DNA of 64,000 bases from Bugula neritina. Taxonomy: Eukaryota; Animalia; Bryozoa. A program made the position numbers and the translations under genes. The notes beneath the pieces are model-generated. The model did no database searches and had not been told where the DNA came from. It saw nothing but the letters and a program-made list of their open reading frames with translations. Each line of letters begins with the position of its first letter. The stretch's first letter is position 1. Positions 40,231 to 53,500 of the stretch are shown piece after piece. The stretch spans positions 941,680-1,005,679 of the forward strand of contig OZ037767.1 of assembly GCA_964035545.1 (NCBI GenBank), written 5' to 3'.

Positions 40231-42310
40231 CTAACGTAGACGAGTCCTCTTTTGAGCAGGCTCAGTGTCCGTGTCACCACCAGGGGTCACTTCCATGTCA
40301 AGGCTGTTTCCATGGTTACTCGCGCTTTCACCTACGACGGTATTTGTAGCACTGCCTTCCACTGTTTCCACTTTTACGTTTTCTCCTGAAGTTTCTGCTG
40401 CTGCCAGGTCTTTGTCGGCAGCGAAGAGACTAGTGGTGCGCACTTTCTCCAGGGCAGTCACTGGGTGGACAGTAGACAGCATGCATGACTCATAGTAGAC
40501 AGCATGCATGACTCATAATACCATTTCTATCTGCAGCTGCCACAGTCACTCTCACAGTCACTCTCACAGCTACTCTCACAGTCCCTCTCACAGTCACTCT
40601 CACAGTCACTCTCACAGTCACTCTCTCAGTCACTCTCACAGTCACTCTCACAGTCACTCTCTCAGTCACTCTCACAGTCACTCTCACAGTTACTCTCACA
40701 GTCACTCTCACAGTCACTCTCACAGTCACTCTCACAGTCACTCTCTCAGTCACTCTCACAGTCACTCTCACAGTCACTCTCACAGTTACTCTCACAGTCA
40801 CTCTCACAGCTACTCTCACAGTCACTCTCACAGTCACTCTCACAGTTACTCTCACAGTCACTCTCACAGTCACTCTCACATGATACATCTTAACAAACCA
40901 TCATCATATATCTTTTAGTAATTCCACATATACAGGTATAAAAATGCATTTCTTGAGCAAAATTTAACCCCCTTCTTGATGAAGTTATATATAATATTTA
41001 ACCCACTGGACAGCTTAAACTATGAAACAAGAGATGTGGAATGCATCACGACACGACATTCACGCTACCGCTGCCTAAGGTAGAGTAAATATTCGCACCT
41101 TGCTGTTCCATCATGAGACCCTGACTTTTGAGTAACTCTATATCCGTGATGAGTTTGTTGTTCTTCCTCTTTAGCAGTACTATGTATTCTGTGGCTTTCT
41201 TCAGCGCTTGTGCTCTTGAACACTGTAACATATATTACTATATGCATCATATATTACTATATGTAATATACTATATGTAACATACTATATTACTATATGT
41301 AATATACTATATTATTACACTTACCCTATAACTGTTGATTGTGGGTAGACAACTCATAAGAGTGTTGAAACTGTCTTTTATGTGGTCCCGCCTTTTCCTC
41401 TCCAATGCATTGTGGTGCGCTCTTTTGTCAGCCTGCATACCACAATTGCATTATACATGGTTACTAGTAAGTAGTGACTACTAGTCAGTCACTAGTAAAT
41501 AGTGAGTACTAGTTAGTAGTGAATAGTGAGTACTAGTTAGTCACTAGTAAATAGTGAGTACTAGTCATTATTGAACAGTCACTTGATGCTATAAGACCAG
41601 AGCGAGTAGATATACTGCCCTAACAGCCACTTGACCCTGGAGAAATATACATATAGCCCCAGAAACAGACCAACACAAGTATTGAGCAAACTTACAGGCG
41701 TTGGGTCTGATATCACCACATCAAATAAATCTGTGATATTCTCATCCAATGGGCCACTCCCTTCTTCATCCTACAGGCAGCATGTTACATAATACAAAGT
41801 ATGTCATGGCAGTATATAAAGGTTATAATGGATAGTAATATCTAAAAATAATAGTAAAATTACAGTTGAAGACAATTAGTTAAGAATTTCATGGTGCTAT
41901 AGACAGTACAGCTGAAGCTAACTTAAGTTACTACGGTACTATATCTGTCATACTACTCTATATCCAAAACACCTGTAGAAGACACAAACTAAACATATAC
42001 ACATGTATGTATTTCCACAAGGATAGAAGACACTAACTAAACATATACACATGTATGTATTTCCACAAGGATAGAAGCCACTAACTAAACATATACACAT
42101 GTATGTATTTCCACAAGGATAGAAGCCACTAACTAAACATATACACATGTATGTATTTCCACAAGGATAGAAGACACTAACTAAACATATACACATGTAT
42201 GTATTTCCACAAGGATAGACGCCACTAACTAAACATATACACATGTATGTATTTCCACAAGGATAGAAGCCACATACCTGATCTATATCCACATATTCTT
42301 CATCACTCAT
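40231..42310 (-). CDS. MAX: MAX (MYC-associated factor X), bHLH-Zip
   Basis: Approx. exons 42310-42278 ([11 protein letters not shown]), 41771-41696, 41432-41325 ([22 protein letters not shown], the MAX basic region), 41223-41098 ([13 protein letters not shown]..zipper), 40461-40231 (VTALEKVR..., basic C-terminus KRTRLR). Confidence 0.92.
40540..40880. repeat. 12-bp minisatellite (CACAGTCACTCT)
   Basis: About 28 copies in the last MAX intron. Confidence 0.95.
41975..42272. repeat. 48-bp minisatellite
   Basis: About 6 copies directly after the donor of the first MAX coding exon. Confidence 0.93.
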
Positions 42311-44789
42311 ATTAAAAATTAAACACAACTACTTAATGGACCAACTTGAAGATCTAGAAACAAACAAAAATAACAAACAAGTAAGTGTAAATTTTAAAAT
42401 TGAACTACAAAGATTGGGTATAAATATATATAACATCATGATTCTATTTCACCATTGTTTCCATAGCAGATGTCACTTTAAATTTCAAAACAAAAGAAAA
42501 TATAAAAAATATAATTATTAGACAAAATCAAAACACACAATCTATCTAACACTCGCTTCTCCACTTACTCTAAGAATTCAACTGGAAAATAATTTATACA
42601 TTATATATGGTCTCACTCTAACTGCATAAATTTTATTTGCATTCCTAAAATTACAGTATGTTAATACACATTATGATTATACAAGGACATACTAATAGCA
42701 CTGCGTTGAAACGCTTCCAATTTTAGCTATAACCAGTACCAGTAGATGTAGTAGTACTAGTATCTGTGTTGAGTAATAACAGTTACTTATATTTATAAGT
42801 TATAACGTAGATGTAGTAGAACTACAACCAGACGTAGTAATTGTAGTTACATCAACATATTGAGATAATGATATGGCTCACATTTAACCGACTTCTACTT
42901 AACGTTAGCCAAACTCACTTAAAAATTACTAATTAGTAATATGAGTCTGAGTGTTACTATTACTATTAGTATAACTATAAGTATAACTAATTCACAATTC
43001 AATATTTATATTTGTATACATTTATTTAGTCGCACATTGGGCAGCACTTATTGCTAATATGCTGGCTAAGACATTTAAATCTTGAGGAGTACCGCTTTCT
43101 CCAGAATTTAGTGTTGCAGTAGCTTTTTGGCAGTTTTCCAAAAATCATTGTGTAACGAAAGCTATTTGTGAAAGCTTTCGGGATAGCTATTTACTGATAG
43201 TTTTGGTCGATGAGTCAGTGTAGCTCAGTTTTCCTCCTGCTAAAGATGCAGGCAATCTATACTTAATTGTCAAAATAATTGTAAGTATTAAGTATTATAT
43301 TATCTTTTGAACTTCATTAACTAAATGTTTTGTCAGCTATGTAATTAATGTTAAGTTAACAAGATTTTTGTAATTTTCATGGTTATAGGTTACAGTAAAG
43401 TACAAGTACAAGTAAAGTACGAGTATGAGTATGAGTGCAAGTATGAATGAAGTCTAACTTAGAAAATATACTGTTGGCAATAAACAAAAATAGAGTTGTG
43501 GCCTGCATCTGTGTCCTCCATTCATTCACCCCTCATTAATTTTGAGTGAATCACAATACATAGGCATCCGTGCCAAACAGCACCCGTGCTGACGCAGCAA
43601 CAATTATCAGCTGATACAGTAACCACTATCGGCTGTCACATTTAGTACTTCCTACAGACGAAGATGTAAGATGTAACTATAACGATAACTACTATAGTCT
43701 ATAAGTATTACTATTAGTATTAATAATAATGTTGACATTGTCATTATCATTATCATTATGATTATCATTAAATGATTAATCTCATGATTATCATTACCAT
43801 TAACTTCAAGTTTAACTTTAAAAAACTAAAATAAAAATTAAACTGAAAAAATAACTTTATACTTTATAGTTTTAAAGTGGCAATCATTGAAACTATGATT
43901 ACAATCACTTTTACTAGCGCATAATCAGTGCATACTGCATAGCCATGGCATACGCCATACAATATTCACACTGATACTCATAGACCTCTACTAGGAGAAA
44001 CTGGGATAGCCTAAATTCTTCAACTTTATTGTTAAATTTTAGTTTGGGGCGCGGGTTAAAATTCTTGCGAAGGATACTTATACTCAATCTCATACTGATA
44101 GTCTCAGTCTTAATTGAAATTGATAAAATTTCAAATTGACAGTCTGATAATCGTGGTCATTGGGATTGTACTTTTACTTCAGTACTGATACTTGCAGAAT
44201 TAAAACGTAAAAGTAGTCAATATTAATTATTATTATAAGTATAAGCAGTACTGTTGGTATTACTATATAATTTTGATTGTATCATCATTATTATATCTAT
44301 TACTACTACTACTAGTACTAGTACTAGTACAGTATGAGTAGACGTAGTACTATCTAGTATCTAGTATCTTAGAGTTAGTCTTACTATGACTATCTAGTTT
44401 TACAAGTACAGTTCCAACTTAGAGTTAATAATGCTACTAGTACTACTACTAGTGTCTAGTAGTACTACTATTACTATTAGCAGCCTATGGCTATAGGTAG
44501 GTATGGGGTATCAGCATACAAATGTGAATATGGCCATGCATTCAATTTTAAAAACACTCCTCTTTTAATTACTTATTTTGAATTAAACTCATCAAGGTAG
44601 CACTGATTATCATTGTGATTATAAATAAATAAAACAAATGAGATTCAGAATTAAAGTTTCACTTGTCTTTTAACCATACAGCATGTTAAGGATGAATAAT
44701 TTGAATTTCCAACTGTAATCGTGTTGTGTTGGCATCATCTTGTGATTGATTTAATTATTATTACTTCTAAATCATACTACCTTTAGGTT

Positions 44790-45730
44790 GCAGAGCATAA
44801 AACTAAAAGCCATGGTCAAGAAAATGATCTTATCGAATCATCAGGTTTAGCAGAGCAAATGCTAAAAGAGATAGAAAGAGATCCAAGTAAGCCAACTAAA
44901 AGAATCTTTGACGGAACATACATGTAAATGTTTATCAAGTTCCAAAGTATCACAAAGTGAAGTCAAGATTAGTAAGAAAGAGAGCGTTGCTGAACCCTGC
45001 CATACCTCATGAAACATCTGATGTGGAAATTGTAGGACAATGGAAAAGAACGTGGGCGTGAAGTAGATTTATCTCTCACCAAGATAACCAGTGGGGATCC
45101 TTGTATTTGAAACCAAAAAATGTTTAAGATGTTGCAACAATGTAACATTTTATATGTTGATAGGACATTTAAAACCTTACAAACCGATTATTACAATCCA
45201 TGGGTTATTTCATGGAAGACCTCTACATTTGTAATGGCCCTCATGGGAGGAAGACAGTGGGACAGTATAGACAGCTGTTTCAGCATGTTAAAAGCAAAGT
45301 GAGGGAAGTAACAGGTCACCATTGGTGACCAAAAAGAATCGTATCTGACTTTGAAATTTCTCTCATCACAGCTATTGAAACAGAGATGCCCTAAGTCCGA
45401 ACATCCGGGTGCTATTTTCATTTGTATCAAAGTATGTGGCGTAGAATTCAGCATGTTGGCCTCAGTAGAGGTTACAGGTGCTGTAACCGTCTTCGAGAAA
45501 CGCCTAAGGAAATTTATGGCTATTGGATACTTGCCTCTAGCGTTGATCTGACAAAACTTCCGATTGCTAGCCACTTCAAACTCAACGCAGCAATTAGTAG
45601 CCCGCCACCCTGCTCTGCTAGAGTTTATTAGACACAGGAAACAAAATTATCTAAATGGGCAGTTTCCTCTAGCCTTTTGGATTGTATTTAACCGGAATGG
45701 TGACTCAAGAACCAACAATAATGTTGAAGG
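44790..45730 (+). pseudogene. Decayed Mutator/MULE-family transposase
   Basis: Fragments in shifting frames: ILYVDRTFK (cf. DGTFK), SDFE, GCYFHLYQSMWRRIQHVGL (cf. GCxFH), RTNNNVEG. Interrupted by frameshifts and stops; no TIRs found. Confidence 0.8.
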
Positions 45731-46099
45731 TAACGTTATTGTTCTTCCAGGCAATAAAAATATATATTTGTAAATGAAGAAAGTGTGCAATATAGCCATA
45801 TATTAGCCCTCAACTAAGGGGTTTTCCTTCCTTACACAATTGCCCTAGCTCCTGTTTGAGTTTGTTTATGGGACTTAGTCTGCTGTAGCTCAAATAATTA
45901 ATTGCTTTATAGTGTTCAAATTCCCAAATAATATTTTGTGTCTATGTTAGGTAAACCCTGATGAATTTAAAATTGTCCTGGATTCATAGGATGTACTGTT
46001 TGTACGTACTGACTTGTTTTGGAGAAACTTCACAAACCTTTTGTGTTAATAGAAATTTTAATATTTGTTCTATATTGATACTATAATCTAACTATAGAC

Positions 46100-46392
46100 T
46101 TGCTATAGACTGACTATTTACTATTTATAGACTGACTTTAGACTAGCTATATACCAACAGTAGACTGACTATAGACTAGCTATATACCAACAGTAGACTG
46201 ACTATAGACTAGCTCTATACCAACAGCAGACTGACTATAGACTAGCTATAGACTGACTATAGACTATCTATATACCAACAGTAGACTAGCTATAGACTAG
46301 CTATATACCAACAGTAGACTGACTATAGACTATCTATATACCAACAGTAGACTGACTATAGACTATCTATATACCAACAGTAGACTGACTAT
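46100..46392. repeat. Minisatellite (TAGACTGACTATAGACTAGCTATATACCAACAG)
   Basis: About 8 copies of a ~33-bp unit. Confidence 0.88.
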
Positions 46393-46900
46393 GTAGAAAA
46401 TCTAAGGTTTGCACAGTCTGAAAGTATCTCATACAAATAATACTGAACTCTACTCCTTTGTAGGCAGACAGTCAACAGTCCAAAAATAAGGGAAAACAAC
46501 TGTGAAATGTTCACTAAGTGCTACAGGGAGCACAACTCCTAACAATAGTGTACACAATACCTCGCACACAGACAGTACTCAGAACATATTATCAAGACAG
46601 AGTCCACATGGTACACATCCAGAGAGCTCAGACTGGAGAGAGTACACATCTGTCCACGGTAGCTACACCTCTCTTGTGTTATGGTATACTCTTCTTATTG
46701 CACTGTGACTGGTGATGTGATAGTGACTGGTGATGTAATAGCTTAAGTTCTCTACTCCAGGTGTCAGCGGTGCATTAAATCACAGTCTAAGTTGAAGGTG
46801 AGGTCATGTGAATATTTGTTAGTAGTTTGAGAACATCATAAGTCTTGCTTGTTCCTCTGTCTGGGTAAAATAATTCTATATAGTTTATTAGCATAATGTC

Positions 46901-47112
46901 TAGTGTGAGTACTTGGTAGTGTGAGTACTTGGTAGTGTGAGTACTTGGTAGTGTGAGTACTTGGTAGTGTGGGTACTTGGTAGTGTGAGTACTTGGTAGT
47001 GTGAGTACTTGGTAGTGTGGGTACTTGGTAGTGTGAGTACTTGGTAGTGTGAGTACTTGGTAGTGTGAGTACTTGGTAGTGTGGGTACTTGGTAGTATGA
47101 GTACTTGGTAGT
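46901..47112. repeat. 16-bp minisatellite (GTGTGAGTACTTGGTA)
   Basis: About 13 copies. Confidence 0.93.
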
Positions 47113-47743
47113 TTTGAGTTTAGTATGTATGCAATGAGCCTTAGTTTATATTTTCATACTCCGATGATTAATTTTAGGCTCTGGTCTTATACGTCCACAG
47201 CCTTGGGTTTGGTTAAAGGAAATACGAAATAGTTTCAAACTTCCTACGGCATAAAATATCTGACCTTCCTTTAGAACAGACATTCAGTGATTTAGATTTC
47301 CAGAAACAAGAAATGTTTTATATTCAAGAGAGGTGACAACTCCCTCTATTCAGTGTCTAACCAGCTGAGATAGTTTTTCAACTATTTATAAAAAGTATTC
47401 TGCAGTCAGTAGAGGAAATTTGTCTAATCTGTGCTGTTTATGTTGCTATAGCAACAGTATTGTATTTATAGTTTATCTAAGTTACTTTATCTTCGCTATG
47501 CAAATACTGGTTAGTTGTTGAAATGTCTTTTACTTTATTTGACAGTTTGTGAATATTAAATTTAGAATGCATTTTTAGAATTTTGAACAAAGTGCACATT
47601 AAAACACAAATAAATGCCAACTAGCTACTACGTTATGTTATTTCTCAAATGTAGGAGTTTGTTAATTTCATAGAAATTCTTTTAGTAATATCATATTAAT
47701 AGTTAATTTTAGTCTTTGTTGCTGGCTTTCGAAACGAAGAGGC

Positions 47744-50078
47744 TTACAGCTCTGTTTTGATTTCAGCAGACATCTTGTTTCCTGTGTGTGTGTCCAGCTC
47801 AGTGTCAGGGTCATATTCCTCGGGCTGTTTGTGTCGGAACTTGTAGACTAAACAAAGGAGTGCGAATATCGCTAAAATATAGATATAGTATAGATACAGA
47901 CTAGAGTGTACTTTTAGATATAGTAAACTTGTAGATATAGTAAACTTGTAGATATAGTAAACTTATAGATATAGTGTAGATATAGTATACTTGTAGTATA
48001 GATATAGCACAGGTCATTCTAATGATATAGGAAAATATAATTGTAATAGTTGCTCTCAACTCTTCTACACTCTTGGATTCAGAGAGTATAAGGGAGTAAT
48101 GTATTATTATTTTATACTGGCCACTGATGGGCTCATTTGTTATGATTATTTTAGAAAAATGCCTGTTGTCCCACTTTTGGTTGATAAAACTTCTTGTGAA
48201 AAGTCAATAGTTAGTCTGGATTGAGGAACTTAAGTTTAGGATTCTAACTTTGACGAGTGAAGTTGCTCAATTAGCACCAGGAAATCATATTAGGAGTGCC
48301 ACAATCGGCTGGCTTGTCTAAGAAAATAGTTACATCTTGATATAAAGGGTTCAGTTTTTAAAAATAGTGTCCAAGGCACATGTATTCGTGTTTTTCACAT
48401 GACAAAATGTATCATATTTTCAAAATGATAAAGGAATAGGTTTTAAAAGTGGAAGAGTTGGAAAGTCGAAGAATTAGCTCAGTGGTAGTGGCTTGGTTTT
48501 GTGAATTCAATTGTTTTGTGGATTCAAAACTCAGCTATTTTTGAAAAAAAAAGCTTTTTACATAAATATTTCATAATGAAAAGCAGTAGGTTTTAAAAGT
48601 GTTGAATGAAAAGGGTCAAGCGGTAGCTCAGTGTTAGAGGTCTGATCTTGTGATACTGCGTTTTGTGGGTATAAAACAAGGTTATTTATTAACAAATAAT
48701 ATTTTTTCTATATAAATACTTTCAAAATAAAATTTAAATAGGTTTTATAAGTGTAGAGAGGGAAGGTACAAGCGGTAGCTCAGTGGTAGTGGCTTAGTCT
48801 TGTAATCCTATGTTTGAGGGTTCAAGTCTCCACCTCTGTGTGGAGCTTACCTGGGTGTATTTATTTGTGTATATTTTGCTGTAAAATAGATTGAGTTGGT
48901 AAGAATTAGATGAACTAGTATGTCTTCCTAAAAGGGGGACCCAAAGTAGCACAGTGGTAGAGCCCATGTCAAAACACCTCAGAGGTGTGGGTTCAAATCC
49001 AGGTTGCGATTGACTCATTGAAGTCTCTTGCTGAGTCTCATTCTAGACCCCTCTCTCAGGCACTCTTTAAACCAAAAATAAATTATTTTGCTAAAATTTA
49101 GTATTTTCAGAGAAAATTTTAGCAAAATAATTATTTCTTATTGGCCCTCGCTGGTTTAAAGAATGCCTGAGAGAGGGGTCTAGAATGAGACTCATAGGAG
49201 ACTCAGCAAGAGACTTCAATGAGTTAATCGCAACCTGGATTTGAACCCACACCTCTGAGGTGTCTTGACATGGGCTCTACCACTGTGCTACTTTGGGTCC
49301 CCCTTTAAGGAAGACATACTAGTTCATCTAATTCTTACCAATTCAATCTATTTTACAGCAAAATATACACAAATAAATACACCCAGGTAAGCTTCACACA
49401 TAGGTGGAGACTTGAACCCACCAACATAGGATTACAAGACTAAGCCACTACCACTGAGCTACCGCTTGTACCTTCCTCTTTTATACTTATAAAACCTATT
49501 TAAATTTTATTTTGAAAGTATTTATATAGAAAAAAATATTATTTGTTGATAAATAACCTTGTTTTGAACCCACAAAACGCAGAATCACAAGATCAGACCT
49601 CTAACACTGAGCTACCACTTGACCCTTTTCATTCAACACTTTTAAAACCTACTGTTTTTCATTATAAAATATCTATCTAAAAAATTTTATTTTAAAAATA
49701 ACTGAGTTTTGAATCTAATTTTATTATAGAAGAAAATAATATTTGTCAGAAAATCACCAAGTTTTGAACCCACAACAAATTAATTAAAATACATATTTTT
49801 TGATATTTATAATTATTTAATTTTATTATTTGATGTATGACTATGAGTCATACAGTACTACTCACAAGTAATTTGCACATTTCACAATAATTGAGCTTAA
49901 ATGTGTCTCCATCAAAATTTTGCTTTTGCGATGGCCAGTTTTCCAAGGCAGATTTTTACAGACGTTTCAACTCTTTGCTGAATACAATGAAACCTATCCT
50001 CACTAAGTATTTATTATCACAACCATTATAGCTGATAGAATTACCTATGATAAACACCAACAGGAGAATATAGGGAGT
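47744..50078 (-). CDS. Two cryptic coding exons (50078-50045, 47871-47744): TM helix plus tail ending KTEL; possible alternative 3' end of SGPP
   Basis: AG/GT boundaries are phase-compatible. Joined translation: TPYILLLVFIIAIFALLCLVYKFRHKQPEEYDPDTELDTHTGNKMSAEIKTEL*. Confidence 0.5.
48521..49715. repeat. ~1.2-kb inverted repeat built from tandem tRNA-like units
   Basis: Arms ~48521-49098 and ~49112-49715 are reverse complements with scattered mismatches and short indels. Each arm has repeated TAGCTCAGTGG / GGGTTCAA box pairs. Confidence 0.92.
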
Positions 50079-50559
50079 CTAGAGCACTCATCCATGTATA
50101 AATGCATACAAATGGAAACTCATAGACAATAAAGGAAAAAACATAAACTTTACTAGAATAAAAATAAGATTGAACTTTAGCAGATTGCTAGGCTAGGTTT
50201 AATGATCACTTCTCTACCTTTATAGTATAACAAAACATAAAAAATGTAGAAGGAAACTTAAGATAAGAGGTTAAAGTTCACTGCAAGTAGTTGCTGAAAT
50301 AATAGGGGCAATAACTCCTAACACATCTCACTTGAAGCATTCATTATGCATTAAATAATCGGCCAAATACCCTGTAACACTTGTGCTTTAGTAAAACATT
50401 TAAATACTATTTCTACAGATAACCGTCTACGGGTAATATTCAACTGCAGGTGGCCTTCCCAGAGTGCAATTGGCAGCTGGGTTACGGAATGGTGCGTATT
50501 TACAACAGAGAGCATACTATCCTAGTGTGTATAACTAGTTTCTAGTTCCTAGACCGTCA

Positions 50560-53500
50560 TTACAGCTCTGTCCAACAGGTCGGCCTCTCAATATCAAAGT
50601 ATCTGAATATAAGGGGAGAGAGATAGACTACGTTGAGAGAAATAGCACAGTAAGTGAAGTATTTGTATGGCAGCTCAACTATCATCAGCTTCTTGTTCTT
50701 CTCGTATTCCTCAGGTTTTAGTCTGTACAGCCAGCACGATATTTTATAAGTCACTTGTTTCATACTCTACAGAACAGAGAATAACGTGGTGTGACACAGT
50801 AATACTAATCTTATGTATAACATGGTGTGACACAGTAATACTTATTCTATGTTCTTAAGAATAATGGGAATAGCTGAATTATATTCGCATATTATTAGTT
50901 ACAGGTTAAAAACATATCCATGACAATTACAGTACAATGCAAGTTAATTACTGATGAACATATTTATTTTGAATTAAGACCACCTATCTATAAATAACAG
51001 CTGAAATAAAGATATTCAAACAATACACTCGGAGTAAGATAAGTCTCTCCACATTTCCCAACTATTTGCTAGACACGACTTTAATCAGACTTACAGCACG
51101 AGTGAGAAAGAGAGAGCTGTAGCCAATCACCATGCGCAGCAGAGCCATCTTAGCCCACTCAATATCGGGTGTCTTGATGTGGTAGGGTGGAGACCCAACC
51201 AGCTCCACCCCGTCATGTGGAATGAAGTTGTTTTGGTAGTTGATCCATGAGGCTATAGCCACGCCCACTTGCACCCCTGCAATACACGCCCACTTGCATG
51301 GTAATGCTGCCTGTATTACGCTATAATACTGCCTGTAATACGCTATAATATAACATGTAATACCTTGAAATATAACCTACAATACTTGGTTATATAACCT
51401 GTAATACGCTATAAAATAACCATTGGTAGACCATAGAGTGGTTTCAAAGACCAATTTCTTAATTTTTAAATGTTCAATAAAAGAACAAATTTTAAGATAA
51501 ATTCGTGTAACTTTTGTATTTTTCATTATCTACATTGAAACTTTAAAAAATCTTTTGAAAATTTATGCCAACATGGGAAGTTTTGCTACTCACAAAGTTC
51601 TTTATACATATTTACCTGTCAAAGAGCAAGGTGCAACAACTCTAAAAATCAAATATGCTTAGAAAACACATCCCAGATTATAAAGACTCAGAGAAACCTT
51701 GGAGGACACTATACAGAGAGACTTGGTAGTTGCCCACCCCTGTTACTATCAGAATGTGTTAAAGGAAGTGTTAGTTGGATATGAATTAGATTGTGTTTGT
51801 GTGACAGAAATACCATTTCTCAATGCTATGGTAGATGCATACAATTTCAAAAGCATTTCACAAACACCTTAAGAATTATCCTCTCTTTCAATTTGAACAT
51901 AGGATAACTCCTACAAGTTAATTTATAAACAATGACAGTGGAAGAGAATGACTGGTAGCCGTGTTGTAAGATTCTGGAATATGGCAAATCACCACACTGA
52001 CTGTTGAGATGACGGACAGCAACAGAGAAATCACATTAAACAGTTGACAACAAATAACTTGAAGAGGTAACACTGACAGGTAACACTGTCAGGTAACATC
52101 AACATGTAACATAAAAAGAGAAGACAAGCTATTGCACAAACCCTGACTATGATATGAATACATAATGTGACTTAACAAGAAATAACATGGTAACGCATGT
52201 AGTAGTGTAACGCAATGTAAGGTCCATGAGAAGATAATTGCAGAGGCAGTCAAATTGATTAGATGATCATACAGGTACAGAAAGAGAGTCCCATAACCCA
52301 CACATGCTGCTGGTTAAATTATCTGGTAATTAGAAGAATTAGCATGGAACAGGGTGTTACAACAGTGGTACAGTGGTATTGGCTACACAATAAAACATCT
52401 CCCATCACCAAAATCACTATCTAAAACTATATGGCCAAAATGCATTCATCTAAATATAGCTCAGTGGTGGTGGTGGTGGTTGTTTCAACCAAATTATATG
52501 CACTACATCTACTGGGAAAAGCAGTGGATAATTAGCAACTAGGCAACACAAATGGCCATGCAGTTAAAGATAATGATGGGGCAGAGGTGCTGTTGTAGAA
52601 CTGTTATTATGAATAGGCAAATAGCAACAGAATTGGCTAAATTAGATTTGTACGTACCAAGTGTTGCTACAGTGTCGCCCCTACAAGTGCTCCAGGAAGG
52701 CAATCCTATAGCACATTATACAGAATTATTAGTCTGTCCTACTTGTTGCTCAGTGGCATTCAGTATTACTCAGTAATGACTCAGTAGTACTCAGTAATGA
52801 CTCAGTAGTACTCAGTAATGACTCAGTAGTACTCAGTAATGACTCAGTAGTACTCAGTAATGACTCAGTAGTATTCAGTAATAAATCAGTAGTACTCAGT
52901 AATGACTCAGTAGTACTCAGTAATGACTCAGTAGTACTCAGTAATGACTCAGTAGTATTCAGTAATGACTCAGTGGTATTCAGTAGTACTCAGTAATGAC
53001 TCAGTAATATTCAGTAATGATTCAGTAGTGACTAAGTAATACTCAGTATTACTCACTGATGACTCATTAACGACTAAGTAATGACGACTCAATAACAACT
53101 AACAGTCACGACTCCATGTACGCTCCTACCATTTCCAATCTGACTGAGAAATACTGTAACTGTATATAGACCGGCAGAAACAAAATAAGCGCGTGCAAAG
53201 CATAACCTGGCAACGCAGAAAGAGGACACAACTACCACAAAAGCAGCAAAAACAAAATTCCATCCCGGTTTAAAAAGAGTAGAGCACAAAAACTTAGTTA
53301 CGTGTTAGTTTAGGATTTACTAGAAGTTGAAAGAACTAGGAAGTCGATGTAATGCATACGCACAGTCACTATATCAAGGTATGTGGAGACAACTGCTAAG
53401 ACAGGCAGCGGACACAACAGCTAGGTATCCATAGAAACAGTCACTTCCTGGCATGCAGACAGTACTAGTGTAAGTACATACAGTACTAGTGTAAGTACAT

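Noticed and set aside
48765-49015. Functional tRNA genes
   Set aside because: A/B boxes are present, but acceptor and anticodon stems do not pair properly; treated as tRNA-derived units.
53089-53450. Hydrophobic ORF fragments in SGPP intron 4 as further duplicated exons
   Set aside because: Similarity to the SRLYLGMH region is too weak and the phases could not be chained convincingly.
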